A stretch of 63,508 nt of DNA, counting the filler. It is 6 parts of 6 records of this genome, joined end to end, with 100 filler letters (N's around TTAATTAATTAA, not from the genome) between each part and the next. Parts side by side here need not be neighbours in the genome. Positions count along the whole stretch, not along the records: positions 8,499 to 23,197 come from SRR31156797_17647; 5 more parts are not named here. One strand, given 5' to 3'. Every line of letters begins with the position of its first letter. Positions within the stretch are counted from its first letter, which is position 1. Below the pieces are notes generated by a model. The model did not search any database, was not told the DNA's origin, and saw nothing but the letters and a program-made list of their open reading frames with translations. The position numbers and the translations under genes are program-made. Of this stretch, positions 10,143 to 20,137 are shown piece after piece.

Positions 10143-12005
10143 TTAAATAGATAAAAGAAATGTTGTGAGGTTGGTTTCAGAGCTGAGGTTTAATTTTTTT
10201 CGAATACTGGTTCTGGTATTTTCGATGGTTCGGTTGCTCCTGAATGTGATTGTTGCAATATCTTTTGTGGAAAGATTCAGCTTGAGCAGGCTGCATATTT
10301 TAATTTCTGCCGGGGTTAAATCGGGAGCTATCTCCTTTAAAACACGGTAAAAGTCCTGCTGTAATTTATCAAAGTGTATTTCAAAATCTTTCCATGCCTG
10401 TTCCTGTGATCCATCTGAAAGATTTTCTATGATCTCATAAATCAAATTTTTATCGGTGTTACTCAGTTTTGGGATAATGGACTTTAATTGTTTTATGGTG
10501 CTTTCCGTAACTTCAAAGTTATTCACCATTTGCAGGGTTTTCAAAGTAAGTTCCTTTTCTTTCAACGCAAGGTCGTTCTGAAGTTGCTGCTGCTCTTTCT
10601 CGGTCAGGTTTTTTTTCAGCTTTTTATTTCTAACGGAAACAATGTAGATAATAAAAGTTGCTGCTGCTAACAGAATGGCTCCAATCAGGGCAATAATAAA
10701 AATTTTGGATTTACTTTTCTGAATGGCAATATCCTCTTTAAGTTGATCAATTTCACGCAGTTTTTTTTCGTTGTTGTATTTCAATTCCAATTCACTAATG
10801 CGCTCCTTCTGTTCCTGTTTAACGATGCTGTCGTTCAATGCAGCATACGCTTCAAGGTAATATAAGGCGCTATCCTTTTGGCCAAGGTTTTTGTGAGCCA
10901 AATACAATCCCTCCAGCAATTCTGATTCTTCAGAAGGTACGCTGAAATATTTCAATAATTTTTTGGCATCTGTATAATTGATATAAGCTTTTTGCCAGGC
11001 ACTTCTTTCCAGATTTGCATTTCCAAGGTTAATTTTATTGAGGAAAATTCCAAAATCAAATTCAGACTCCACACATATTTTTAAGGACTTTTGCAGATGG
11101 TATTCAGCAGAATCCGGCATTTTTTTAAGGGTATATATTTGCCCGATATTGAGATGATTTTTTGCAATTTTCATCCTCAGATTCTGGTTTTTTGAAATAT
11201 CCAGGGATTTCTGAAAGCATTGGATAGCCATATCAAGTGAATCGACATTTTGGTAGGCAATGCCAAGGTTACTGTAACTCCTTTCGATGTTTGTTTCTGA
11301 GTTGATGGTTTTACTCACCTCCAGGGCTTCATTTAAATATTTTATTGCCGTGATGTTATTATCTATCGAAAGATGTGATGACCCAAGGTTGTTAAGTATT
11401 ATTGCAAGCGTTGTCCAGTCCTTTTGCTCACGGTAATACGCTACAGCCTTCATGTAATATTCTATCGCCTGATCATAACTGCCTGATTGATCATAAGATA
11501 TTGCAAGAGCGTTCCAGAGAGCCGGTGTATAAGACTGAAATTCGCTTTCTTCGCATTGTTTTATCACATCTAAAAGGATCATTTGTGCAGAGTCTGACTT
11601 GCGTAATTTATTCAATACTGTTGCTATACCATGAAGCGATTGAAAATATTCGTATTGAATTTCTTCCTTTTGTGTGATTTCTTTAGCCTGATTAAAATGC
11701 ATCCGGGCTGAATCATAGTTTCCCTGAAGTATTGCAGCATGACCAAGGTTTAGTAAGGCTTGTACAGCGATTTGCCAATCTTGATTTTCTTTAGCTTTTT
11801 CTAAAGCCAGTTTGGAATAAATTGCCGACTCACCCGGATTTTCATAAAGGGTTTGTGAAGACAGATCAATCAATAATTCAGCCTTATCAGATTGGCTATT
11901 GTTTGTTACGGCGTTCAGAATGCTGTCTTTGTCAAGGTTCTGACCACTCAATATCAAGTGCAATGAAATAAAAATACATACAATCAAAATACTTTTTTGT
12001 GTCAT
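10143..12005 (-). CDS. Membrane-spanning TPR sensor with C-terminal LuxR-type HTH (one-component regulator)
   Basis: Signal peptide MTQKSILIVC; many TPRs (NNLG, SNLG, LNIG); TM IFIIALIGAILLAAATFIIYIV; coiled coil; LTPAEIKICSLLKLNLSTKDIA...RTIENTRTSIRKKLNL. Start moved to ATG 12005. Confidence 0.88.
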   Translation of the reverse strand: MTQKSILIVCIFISLHLILSGQNLDKDSILNAVTNNSQSDKAELLIDLSSQTLYENPGESAIYSKLALEKAKENQDWQIAVQALLNLGHAAILQGNYDSARMHFNQAKEITQKEEIQYEYFQSLHGIATVLNKLRKSDSAQMILLDVIKQCEESEFQSYTPALWNALAISYDQSGSYDQAIEYYMKAVAYYREQKDWTTLAIILNNLGSSHLSIDNNITAIKYLNEALEVSKTINSETNIERSYSNLGIAYQNVDSLDMAIQCFQKSLDISKNQNLRMKIAKNHLNIGQIYTLKKMPDSAEYHLQKSLKICVESEFDFGIFLNKINLGNANLERSAWQKAYINYTDAKKLLKYFSVPSEESELLEGLYLAHKNLGQKDSALYYLEAYAALNDSIVKQEQKERISELELKYNNEKKLREIDQLKEDIAIQKSKSKIFIIALIGAILLAAATFIIYIVSVRNKKLKKNLTEKEQQQLQNDLALKEKELTLKTLQMVNNFEVTESTIKQLKSIIPKLSNTDKNLIYEIIENLSDGSQEQAWKDFEIHFDKLQQDFYRVLKEIAPDLTPAEIKICSLLKLNLSTKDIATITFRSNRTIENTRTSIRKKLNLSSETNLTTFLLSI

Positions 12006-12157
12006 GTTCCCCCTGGTATTGCATTTTACACTTTGTAAAGATAACAAAGAAAATAGATTGATTGAACAAAACAGGATTGGGGGGACACGCCTGTTCAATA
12101 ACGCTGAATTCCAAATTTTCTTTATCAATCCTGGGTTAGCGTTGGTTTCACCAACAC

Positions 12158-12183
12158 AAAAAGGCCGGAGCATTTTCCGGCCT
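12158..12183 (-). terminator. Intrinsic terminator after the surface-protein / micro-protein unit
   Basis: 8-bp stem AGGCCGGA/TCCGGCCT followed by a T-run on the minus strand. Confidence 0.65.
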
Positions 12184-12328
12184 AATTTCTATTTTAATGG
12201 CTTATAACATAATGGCGCAATTTCAGTCAGTTCCAATCAGCACAAGAATCTAAGAATACTCCCAAATCTTATTTGCCTGGATACATAATAATTTCCGGAT
12301 ATCGGAGATGACGGTAAGCTTATCAACC

Positions 12329-12571
12329 TTATTCGGCTAATTTCCGCTTTTTATAATCATACACCTTTTTCCCGCCATAAGCCGCACCAAGCGCCAGTAA
12401 AATGCCGACACCACCGGCAATGGAAGCACCACCGCCAACGGGTGTATTTCCTCCCTGTGTGGGATCACCGCCGCCATTGGGTGGGGGAGGGGTTTGGGCA
12501 GAGAGGCTTAATGAGATGGCCAACATGATCGTTGCGAATAAACCTGATAGAAATTTGAATTTAGTTTTCAT
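12329..12571 (-). CDS. PID-CTERM-like sorting-signal micro-protein (80 aa)
   Basis: Signal peptide ending SA|Q, Pro/Gly-rich linker, then ASIAGGVGILLALGAAYGGKKVY + basic tail, matching the Bacteroidota PIDGG...AAGxxYGxKK pattern with a variant motif. Confidence 0.75.
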   Translation of the reverse strand: MKTKFKFLSGLFATIMLAISLSLSAQTPPPPNGGGDPTQGGNTPVGGGASIAGGVGILLALGAAYGGKKVYDYKKRKLAE

Positions 12572-12605
12572 GTTTTTCGTTCTATTTGTTTTGAAATATT
12601 TTGAA

Positions 12606-15600
12606 TTACCAATGCTTTATGTATATGCTTTTCGTTTCAATTACATTTGTTTCGGTTGAAACCCGAACAATATAAACGCCTTCTTTCAAACCTACCGGAA
12701 TGGCAAGCAAACCGGGCCCTGAAAGGCTTTCACGGAACACGATTCTGCTCATCATATCATATACCTGCATTTCCCCTTGTTCAACTCCGTTTATATAAAT
12801 GCAATTTTCGCATGAATAGATTTCAATACCTGATTCATTGGGGTCAGATGTGGGTATGTCAAGGTCTTTTAAATGAAGGACAAACCTGGTCTCATTATCC
12901 ATTTCCGGATCCCAGATAAAATCGTATGCGCTGTATAAAAGATCATGATATTTTCCGGATTTGGTATCCTCAATATATACATATTCAACATCACTTATAT
13001 CTTTAATGCCGATGGAAAATATCCCCGGGATTTCATTCTTAAATCCCAACTGGATGGTGTTACTTTCAGGCCTAACATCTATTGAGAATTTCTTAGATGT
13101 GTTGATTGTGTATATTTCAGGAGATCCAGGGGTTTCTGAAAAGAACTTGAAAGCATCGTGACAAAGGTCGAACCCACCTGAGCAGCTACCATTAAAGCTG
13201 ATGAGCAGTTCATCACTTTTATCCTTATCCAGGGTTTCGAGGAGGATGCTGTTGGGGCCTATTCCGGATTGTGATTTATAAAATTCACCGGCGCCCTCAT
13301 GTGTTCGCACAGAATCATCAAAGGTGATTGTGCTTGGTTCTGAAGCTACGATGAAAAATCCCTGCATAGGTGGCACATATTGTGAACCGCCATTTGTGGC
13401 CTGGCCGTTGTTCCAGGTTGCATAACATTCTGTTTCGGGATTCCAGTAATATATTGCTCCCCAGGTGTCGTTGAGTTTGCTCCAGTCGATCGATGAAGGG
13501 TAGGGATTTCCAAGTAAGTTTGCACCCTCGTTGGCATCGGGATCATTGGAGTATTCGGTAAAAGAAACCGAATGCGAAATACTGCCGCTAGCCGGTGTTC
13601 CTTGAAAAGTATAGCTTTTTGGTGCTCCGGATGCTGGTTGCAAACCATATCCGTTGATATAATTTAGTTCTTCCTGGGGGTTCACGATATTGATCCATTG
13701 GTGATCAGTTTCGTCCCATTGCAGCAGGTAATCCCCAAGAAAAGTTTCAGCAGTTTCTCCCTGGACCGGAATGGAGATGAGATGCAGTGCATCGTCCCTG
13801 ATATATCTCTGAATGTTGAACGTTCCCTGGTTTTCTATTTCGCCTGAGGTGATCAGCGAGCCGGTTCCATCAGCTGTGGATTGAATTGTGAGGTTCCCCC
13901 CGTTTTCAATAAGGAGGTTATAGCAATCGGCTGTTTGGTTTGGCCCGATTACCGGGTTTGACAGTGATTCGGGCATGAAAGGAATGGCAACATGATCGGT
14001 GGACTCCGGAACCATCTCGCTGGACCAGTTAGCCGGGTTATTCCAGTTTTCATCTTCATATCCCTTCCAAATGATCATCTCATAATCGGTGTTCAATATC
14101 ATTACCTGGCCATAAGCAATGCCAAGGATGTTGGCAGCATAGGCCCTGTAATAATAACTGCTTCCGCAATCCAGTTCATGGATTGTTTCTGTGAAAATTC
14201 CCGATCCGGTTCCGTTTTCTTCTTCCAAAACATCCTCTCCTCCAATCGTGGGGAAACTGTTGGTTAGCGAATAAACCACACCCCTCATAGTAACCGGTGA
14301 GCCTCCATCGCTGGTAATTGTTCCGCCAAGGTCAGCAGTTGTGCTGGAAATGTTAGCTGCTTCGTGGGTTAAAACAATGGGTGTAGAAGAACTGTCCTGC
14401 CAGCTAAAATACGGATAACCATCGTTTAAAAGATCATTTACAATGTTCCAGTTATCTCCTGTGCCGGAATCATCAAAAGGGTAGCCTATAAAATCCCAGG
14501 GTTCGGTAAGCCCTTCAGTTTCTGAATTGGTGTAGGTTTCGATGGACTTCATTTGTTGGCTGGTTTTTCCTGTACCACCACCACTTGATGAATTTCCTGA
14601 GGTATAGATGTCCCAAAACGAATTTGCGATAATACCGGAACTGTTATCGCCAACCAGGCCTCCAACGTAATACTGGCCGGCAACTAACCCATTTGAATAG
14701 CACTTATTTATTTCACCGGCTTCATTACTTCCTACCAATCCACCAACCATAATCGTTCCTGAGGCATCAGCTCCGGCGTAGCAATTGTTTACCATGCCTT
14801 CATTTATGCCTATCAAGCCACCTGATAAAAAGGGTCCGTATACACTACCCACAGCAAAACTGTTATTCACCTGTCCCAGGTTTTGCCCTATCAGTCCGCC
14901 TACTTCTCCTTCAATTGCTTCGATGGTGCAGGTAGCTGAGCAGTTATTCATGATGCCCGGGTCTTTTAAAAACCCGACAAGACCACCCGTAAGTGAATAA
15001 CCCTCAATGTTGCAGGATGTATGACATAAAGAAATGTTGCTATTTCCAATTGAGTAACCAATCAGTCCGCCAACATAATCATCATCCCCCGAAATGTTAC
15101 CCGAAACACAGCAATTGTTCACATCACTTTCCATACATATGCCAACCAGGCCACCAATATACTTCATGCCTGATATTTCCACATCAACAAGGTTGATGTT
15201 TCCAATCACACACCCTTCATTCCCGTTTATCCACCCAAAAAGGCCAATATACGTACCGGAGTTTCTGGAAATATATAATCCTTCAATCGAGTACCCCTGC
15301 CCATTGTAACTACCTGTGAATTTGTTGTTTATATTTCCGATGGACGAAAATCCAAGTGCATCGTCACCCGGATGCTCCAGGTTACCATCACCATCCCAGT
15401 CGGTCTGGGTTTCATCCGGGCCAAATATAACATCAGCTACCTGTATAAAGTAGCTGCTCCAATCTGTTGGTGAGTGTGATAACTCAAGAAGATCTGCGGT
15501 GGTTGCAATTTGATAAGCTGTTTCTGGTGACGCCCCATCGCCACCACTGTAGTTTCCTGCTATCAGGAATGCGTTAATCATAATACCCATTACGATTAAC

Positions 15601-15617
15601 AGTACTGCTTTTTTCAT
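12606..15617 (-). CDS. GLUG-motif surface protein with T9SS-type C-terminal sorting domain
   Basis: Signal peptide MKKAVLL; repeated (V/I)GGL(V/I)G GLUG motifs; Fn3-like segment (YYYRAYAAN); NLLGNPYPSSIDW; tail VYDMMSR...GVYIVRV...KSIYIK. Start moved to ATG 15617. Confidence 0.85.
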   Translation of the reverse strand: MKKAVLLIVMGIMINAFLIAGNYSGGDGASPETAYQIATTADLLELSHSPTDWSSYFIQVADVIFGPDETQTDWDGDGNLEHPGDDALGFSSIGNINNKFTGSYNGQGYSIEGLYISRNSGTYIGLFGWINGNEGCVIGNINLVDVEISGMKYIGGLVGICMESDVNNCCVSGNISGDDDYVGGLIGYSIGNSNISLCHTSCNIEGYSLTGGLVGFLKDPGIMNNCSATCTIEAIEGEVGGLIGQNLGQVNNSFAVGSVYGPFLSGGLIGINEGMVNNCYAGADASGTIMVGGLVGSNEAGEINKCYSNGLVAGQYYVGGLVGDNSSGIIANSFWDIYTSGNSSSGGGTGKTSQQMKSIETYTNSETEGLTEPWDFIGYPFDDSGTGDNWNIVNDLLNDGYPYFSWQDSSSTPIVLTHEAANISSTTADLGGTITSDGGSPVTMRGVVYSLTNSFPTIGGEDVLEEENGTGSGIFTETIHELDCGSSYYYRAYAANILGIAYGQVMILNTDYEMIIWKGYEDENWNNPANWSSEMVPESTDHVAIPFMPESLSNPVIGPNQTADCYNLLIENGGNLTIQSTADGTGSLITSGEIENQGTFNIQRYIRDDALHLISIPVQGETAETFLGDYLLQWDETDHQWINIVNPQEELNYINGYGLQPASGAPKSYTFQGTPASGSISHSVSFTEYSNDPDANEGANLLGNPYPSSIDWSKLNDTWGAIYYWNPETECYATWNNGQATNGGSQYVPPMQGFFIVASEPSTITFDDSVRTHEGAGEFYKSQSGIGPNSILLETLDKDKSDELLISFNGSCSGGFDLCHDAFKFFSETPGSPEIYTINTSKKFSIDVRPESNTIQLGFKNEIPGIFSIGIKDISDVEYVYIEDTKSGKYHDLLYSAYDFIWDPEMDNETRFVLHLKDLDIPTSDPNESGIEIYSCENCIYINGVEQGEMQVYDMMSRIVFRESLSGPGLLAIPVGLKEGVYIVRVSTETNVIETKSIYIKHW

Positions 15618-15828
15618 TACATTATTATTTTTTGAATAATAAAAACCCCTTCTAATACGCAGCCAAATATAGAAGCATAGTTTTGTTTTTCCAAATAAAA
15701 AGTGCAATAAATCAGGTAGTTAAAAGAATGTAGCTTTGTAAGTGCCTGTAATTCAAATTTATACGTAATTATTTGAATTCATTGAAAATTAGGTGTTTAT
15801 GAAAAATCATCAAATTAACTGCACGATT

Positions 15829-16305
15829 TTAGCTTTTTCTTGTGAAAATTGCCACGATTGCCGTAGTAACAATCCCCATAACCGGCGTAAACATCACCGT
15901 TTGAATGATATAATTATTCATGTTGAAATATCCTTCAGCTTCCACCCTGGTCATCTTTTCCTGTTCTACAGTATAATCAATCACGTTTGCAAAATAATCC
16001 GGTGAAATTACTGCTGAGGTCAGATATTGGGTGAGTGGGCTTACAACTGTTATAAATGCCGTTATAACCACACCTGTTATAAATCCCTGCCCCCAGGTCA
16101 TTTTTCCGTTATAAAATGCATTTCTTTTGTTCAGCAATGCCAGCACATAAATAATGATTGCCGGAATAGCTACAAAATTTGTGACAATCGGGTGATACTC
16201 AATATATTTTCCATGGAGGCCGGTAATTTTTTCCAGCACCATCCATAAAAGCATCATCACTACAAAAATGACTGCCCATTTAATTTCAATTTTTATCTTT
16301 TCCAT
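15829..16305 (-). CDS. DUF4199-family membrane protein
   Basis: Four hydrophobic segments; EIKWA..., ISPDYFANVI pattern typical of Bacteroidota DUF4199. Confidence 0.75.
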   Translation of the reverse strand: MEKIKIEIKWAVIFVVMMLLWMVLEKITGLHGKYIEYHPIVTNFVAIPAIIIYVLALLNKRNAFYNGKMTWGQGFITGVVITAFITVVSPLTQYLTSAVISPDYFANVIDYTVEQEKMTRVEAEGYFNMNNYIIQTVMFTPVMGIVTTAIVAIFTRKS

Positions 16306-16316
16306 AGTAGTCAGGT

Positions 16317-16754
16317 TTATTGTTGTTCAGCAAAGTTTTTAAAGGCATGCATGTTTTTCATCGATTCTATTTTAAACGCACCGGGATTTAATAGCCCCAT
16401 TAATTTCATCATCAGGTTCTTAAACTTAAACTCCTGTTCAGCAACATACCGGGTAGTATTTTTATCGATAGGTATAAATTTGTTTTTGATAATGTTGAAA
16501 ACCGGGCCTGCATCATAGGTTCCCGAAAATGATTGCGGAAGATTTTTTTCCGTAATGGTTTCAACCATCTCAATTTCCCTTTTTCCCATCTTAAACTTCA
16601 ATTTTGATTTTGCCCCGACTTCACCAGGCGTTCCGCTGATGTGCTCAAAACTTTGAAGGCCCTGCATCCATTTGTACATGTTTTCAGTACTGTCAAATAA
16701 TTTGATAACTTCTTCCACATTTTTATTTATGGTAACCTCAACCGTATACTTCAT
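16317..16754 (-). CDS. SRPBCC / START-like family protein
   Basis: MKYTVEVTINK...NMYKWMQGL...GEVGAKS...MVETITE. Start moved to ATG 16754. Confidence 0.8.
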   Translation of the reverse strand: MKYTVEVTINKNVEEVIKLFDSTENMYKWMQGLQSFEHISGTPGEVGAKSKLKFKMGKREIEMVETITEKNLPQSFSGTYDAGPVFNIIKNKFIPIDKNTTRYVAEQEFKFKNLMMKLMGLLNPGAFKIESMKNMHAFKNFAEQQ

Positions 16755-16848
16755 GGATAATGGTATTGATGAAACAAATAAATATTGATCATTTGGAATT
16801 TGTTCAATCCGGCAGAAAATCAGCATCAAAATACTTGATCATCATTGT

Positions 16849-16856
16849 TACCTTTG
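16849..16856 (+). promoter_or_regulatory. Bacteroidota -7 promoter element (TAnnTTTG)
   Basis: TACCTTTG 22 nt upstream of the GT2 start. Confidence 0.55.
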
Positions 16857-16878
16857 TCCGATATAAACTTGTTGGAAT

Positions 16879-18099
16879 TTGCATCAAAACGCTACCATAT
16901 TTTTAACGATCCCGCTTATGGACGAGTTGGACAATATTCCCGTATTGCTCAATGATCTGAGGGCTCAGTCAGTTAAAAATTTCAGGGTGGTCTGTTGTGT
17001 GAATCAGCCGGAAAACTGGTGGGATGATGATCAAAAGTTGCCTGTCTGTAAAAACAACCAGGAAACAATTCGATTACTAAAAAGAACTGATGATTTGGAT
17101 TTGATGATTATCAACAGGTCAACTCCGGGAAATGGCTGGACAGGTAAACATTTTGGTGTAGGCTGGGCCAGAAAGACAACCATGGATGTGGCTTCGAAAA
17201 TGGCAAGTCCGGATAAAATTATCGTAACTATGGATGGTGATACTCGATATCCACCGGATTACCTTGAACACTTGCAGCATGACTTTAACGAATACCCCAA
17301 CACAAAAGCAATTACCGCTCAGTATTACCACCACTTGACCGGAAAAAAACCAGAAGACTTTGCAGTGCTGCGATATGAAATATACATGCGGTATTTTGCC
17401 CTCAATATGTTGCGTATTGGAAACCCATATGCTTTTACAGCCATTGGATCTGCGATGGCATGCACGGCCAAAGCATACCAGGGAATTAGGGGAATTACTC
17501 CGCATAAAAGCGGTGAAGACTTTTATTTCATCCAAAAGCTCCGGAAATATGGCGATGTTAAAATTTCAACCAAGGCTGTTGCATATCCTGCTGCCCGTTT
17601 TTCTGACCGCGTGTTTTTCGGAACCGGGCCTGCCATGATCCGTGGAAATGACGGCGATTGGTCAGGTTATCCAATTTATCCACACAGGTTGTTTGATCAG
17701 GTAAAGGAGACTTTCGATAATTTTATCAATCTTTATCAATCGGATTTGGAATTGCCGATGTCAGAATTCTTACACAAAAAGTTTGGAGACTTTTTTTTGG
17801 AGGATTTAAGGAGAAATGCAAAATCTGCCAAAAGTTTTACTCGGGCATGTTGGCACAAAGTAGATGGTTTGCGGGTATTACAATTTTTGAAATCAGAAAT
17901 TCAGGAATCAGAATTGCAGGATGAGAAGAGCCTGATGGATTTTTTTAAAAGCTTTTATCCGGATGTAGATTTAACCGGTGTATTATTAAATTCTGAATGG
18001 AGTTTCAGAAAATCTTCCGCTGAACAATTAGACAAAATCAGAAAATTTTTATTTGAAAAAGAAAACTTATGGCGCAAAAAGATAGACATACTCCAATGA
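16879..18099 (+). CDS. Family 2 (GT-A fold) glycosyltransferase
   Basis: GVGWARK, MDGD (DxD), AIGSAM, GEDFYFIQKL, RFSDRVFFGTG. Confidence 0.8.
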   Translation: MHQNATIFLTIPLMDELDNIPVLLNDLRAQSVKNFRVVCCVNQPENWWDDDQKLPVCKNNQETIRLLKRTDDLDLMIINRSTPGNGWTGKHFGVGWARKTTMDVASKMASPDKIIVTMDGDTRYPPDYLEHLQHDFNEYPNTKAITAQYYHHLTGKKPEDFAVLRYEIYMRYFALNMLRIGNPYAFTAIGSAMACTAKAYQGIRGITPHKSGEDFYFIQKLRKYGDVKISTKAVAYPAARFSDRVFFGTGPAMIRGNDGDWSGYPIYPHRLFDQVKETFDNFINLYQSDLELPMSEFLHKKFGDFFLEDLRRNAKSAKSFTRACWHKVDGLRVLQFLKSEIQESELQDEKSLMDFFKSFYPDVDLTGVLLNSEWSFRKSSAEQLDKIRKFLFEKENLWRKKIDILQ

Positions 18100-19004
18100 T
18101 GGTAACCATTCTTGGGCCGACAGCCACCGGGAAAACATCATTGGCAGCTCATGTTGCAAATGTCCTCAATGGCGAGATCATCAGCGCTGATTCCAGGCAG
18201 GTATACCGGGGGATGGATCTGGGTACTGGAAAGGATTATGATGATTATGTTGTTAAAGGCAAAAAAATTCCTTATCACCTGGTGGATATTGCAGAGCCAG
18301 GGTATGAATATAATGTCTTTGAATACCAACGTGATTTTCTAAAAATATTCAGTGAAATCATTTCCAGGAAAAAACTTCCCGTGCTTTGCGGCGGAACAGG
18401 GATGTATCTTGAGGCGGTGCTTTCAGGTTACCGATTGCAGGAAGTACCTGAAAACAGAGCATTGCGGGAGGAACTGGAATTTAAGAGCCTGAAGGAATTA
18501 AATCAGATTTTGGCAGGCTATCGTATGGTCCACAACACCACCGACAGCACCGATCGCAACAGAACCATCCGTGCCATCGAGATTGAGGCATATCAGAAAA
18601 ATCATCCACGTGAAAAGGCGGATTTTCCTGAAATCGAACATCGCATTTTTGGTGTTCATTTCGAGCGATCCGAGATCAGGAAACGGATAACTGCCCGGCT
18701 TAAGCAACGCCTTGATGAAGGGATGGTGGATGAAGTAAAAAATTTGCTCGATGACGGCATTAAGCCGGAACAACTTAGTTTTTACGGACTTGAATATCGC
18801 TACCTCACCGATTATGCAACCGGAAAAATTACTTATGATGAAATGTTTCGATTGCTCAATACAGCCATTCATCAATTTGCGAAACGGCAGATGACATGGT
18901 TCAGGAGGATGGAGAAAAAAGGGATTGAGATAGATTGGATTGACGGGAAGCTACCCCTGGAAGAGAAGCTGGAGGTGATAGAGCGCAAAGCGTGTAGCGC
19001 ATAG
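18069..19004 (+). CDS. miaA: tRNA dimethylallyltransferase
   Basis: GPTATGKT, SADSRQVYRGMDLGTGK, GGTGMY, FAKRQMTWFR. Start may be ATG 18096, overlapping the GT2 stop (ATGA). Confidence 0.95.
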   Translation: MAQKDRHTPMMVTILGPTATGKTSLAAHVANVLNGEIISADSRQVYRGMDLGTGKDYDDYVVKGKKIPYHLVDIAEPGYEYNVFEYQRDFLKIFSEIISRKKLPVLCGGTGMYLEAVLSGYRLQEVPENRALREELEFKSLKELNQILAGYRMVHNTTDSTDRNRTIRAIEIEAYQKNHPREKADFPEIEHRIFGVHFERSEIRKRITARLKQRLDEGMVDEVKNLLDDGIKPEQLSFYGLEYRYLTDYATGKITYDEMFRLLNTAIHQFAKRQMTWFRRMEKKGIEIDWIDGKLPLEEKLEVIERKACSA

Positions 19005-19008
19005 CGCA
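18981..19008 (+). repeat. Degenerate heptamer array (consensus TAGCGCA)
   Basis: GAGCGCA-AAGCGTG-TAGCGCA-TAGCGCA; contains the miaA stop codon. Confidence 0.55.
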
Positions 19009-19090
19009 GGCAAAATAGCAACTCTGAGAAGGCTGGGTATAAGTAGAATGCAGGATTGGAGTGATGAAGTATATAGCTTTGCAATAATTG

Positions 19091-19218
19091 TCTGATATTT
19101 TGACGTTTCGATGTCCTATGGTCGATCAGCGGTAGGCATCCCATCGGGGGAAAGTCGGCGAAAACTTTCAATCGTCCGAGACACGAGGACATTGAAACGT
19201 TGAAAGTAAAGTGTCAGA
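19091..19218 (+). other. Long imperfect inverted repeat, candidate structured RNA or REP-like element
   Basis: 19103-19117 pairs with 19186-19200 (one G.U); 19091-19100 pairs with 19209-19218 (two G.U); inner hairpin GAAAGT/ACTTTC. Confidence 0.5.
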
Positions 19219-19264
19219 ATTCATAAATTAGATATTCAAATAAAAACAAGATATAACAAACAAC

Positions 19265-20014
19265 ATGAAACTAAAAGACAAAATAGCCATTATCACAGGG
19301 GCCTCCAGTGGGATAGGGGAGGCTACCGCCAGGGCGCTGGCTAAGGAGGGTGCAAAAGTAGTTTTGGCTGCCCGGCGCGTTGACAGGCTCGAAAAAATCA
19401 AACAGGAAATCGAATCAGCTGGCGGCAAAGCCCTGGTTGTAAAAACGGATGTTGTGGTTCGCGAAGAGGTGGAAAGCATGGCCAGGAAAACAATTGATCA
19501 ATTTGGAACCATTGATATCCTCATTAACAATGCCGGTCTCATGCCACTGTCATTTATGAAAAATCTGCATGTGGAAGAGTGGGAGAGGATGGTTGATGTA
19601 AACCTGAAAGGCGCGCTCTATGCCATTGCCGCTGTGCTGCCTACCATGAAAATGAAAAAATCAGGAGACATTGTGAATACTTCTTCCATCGCCGGTCGTA
19701 AACTGTTTTCCGGTGCGGCGGTTTATTGTGCCACTAAATTTGGGATTACTGCGCTTTCCGAAGGCATGCGTATGGAACTGTCCAAACCTTTTAACATCAG
19801 AATAACCTCCATTGAGCCGGGTGCTGTAGCTACGGAACTAACACAGACTTTCACCGATCAGGAGCTGATAGACCAGTGGAATGACGGCAGGCGTGATCAT
19901 CTGGTTCCGCTCAATCCTGAAGATATCGCAAATGCAATCATCTATGCTGTTACCCAGCCCGAGGGTGTGAGTGTGAATGAAATTTTGGTGATGCCAACCA
20001 TGCAGGGCTTGTAA
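19265..20014 (+). CDS. SDR family NAD(P)-dependent oxidoreductase
   Basis: TGASSGIG, NNAG, YCATK (YxxxK), EPGAVATEL. Confidence 0.92.
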   Translation: MKLKDKIAIITGASSGIGEATARALAKEGAKVVLAARRVDRLEKIKQEIESAGGKALVVKTDVVVREEVESMARKTIDQFGTIDILINNAGLMPLSFMKNLHVEEWERMVDVNLKGALYAIAAVLPTMKMKKSGDIVNTSSIAGRKLFSGAAVYCATKFGITALSEGMRMELSKPFNIRITSIEPGAVATELTQTFTDQELIDQWNDGRRDHLVPLNPEDIANAIIYAVTQPEGVSVNEILVMPTMQGL

Positions 20015-20024
20015 TTATCAGCAC

Positions 20025-20057
20025 AAAAAAACCGGCTGAGATTTACACTCATACCGG
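20025..20057. terminator. Possible terminator between convergent genes
   Basis: A7 run followed by an imperfect hairpin CCGG-C-TGAG...CTCA-TA-CCGG. Confidence 0.35.
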
Positions 20058-20137
20058 CTTCTGCTTGCTTAAAACTGCCTCTATATATAATGTGCTTTTT
20101 CTATTGCTTTACAATTTTATATAGCTAAGAAACTTCT

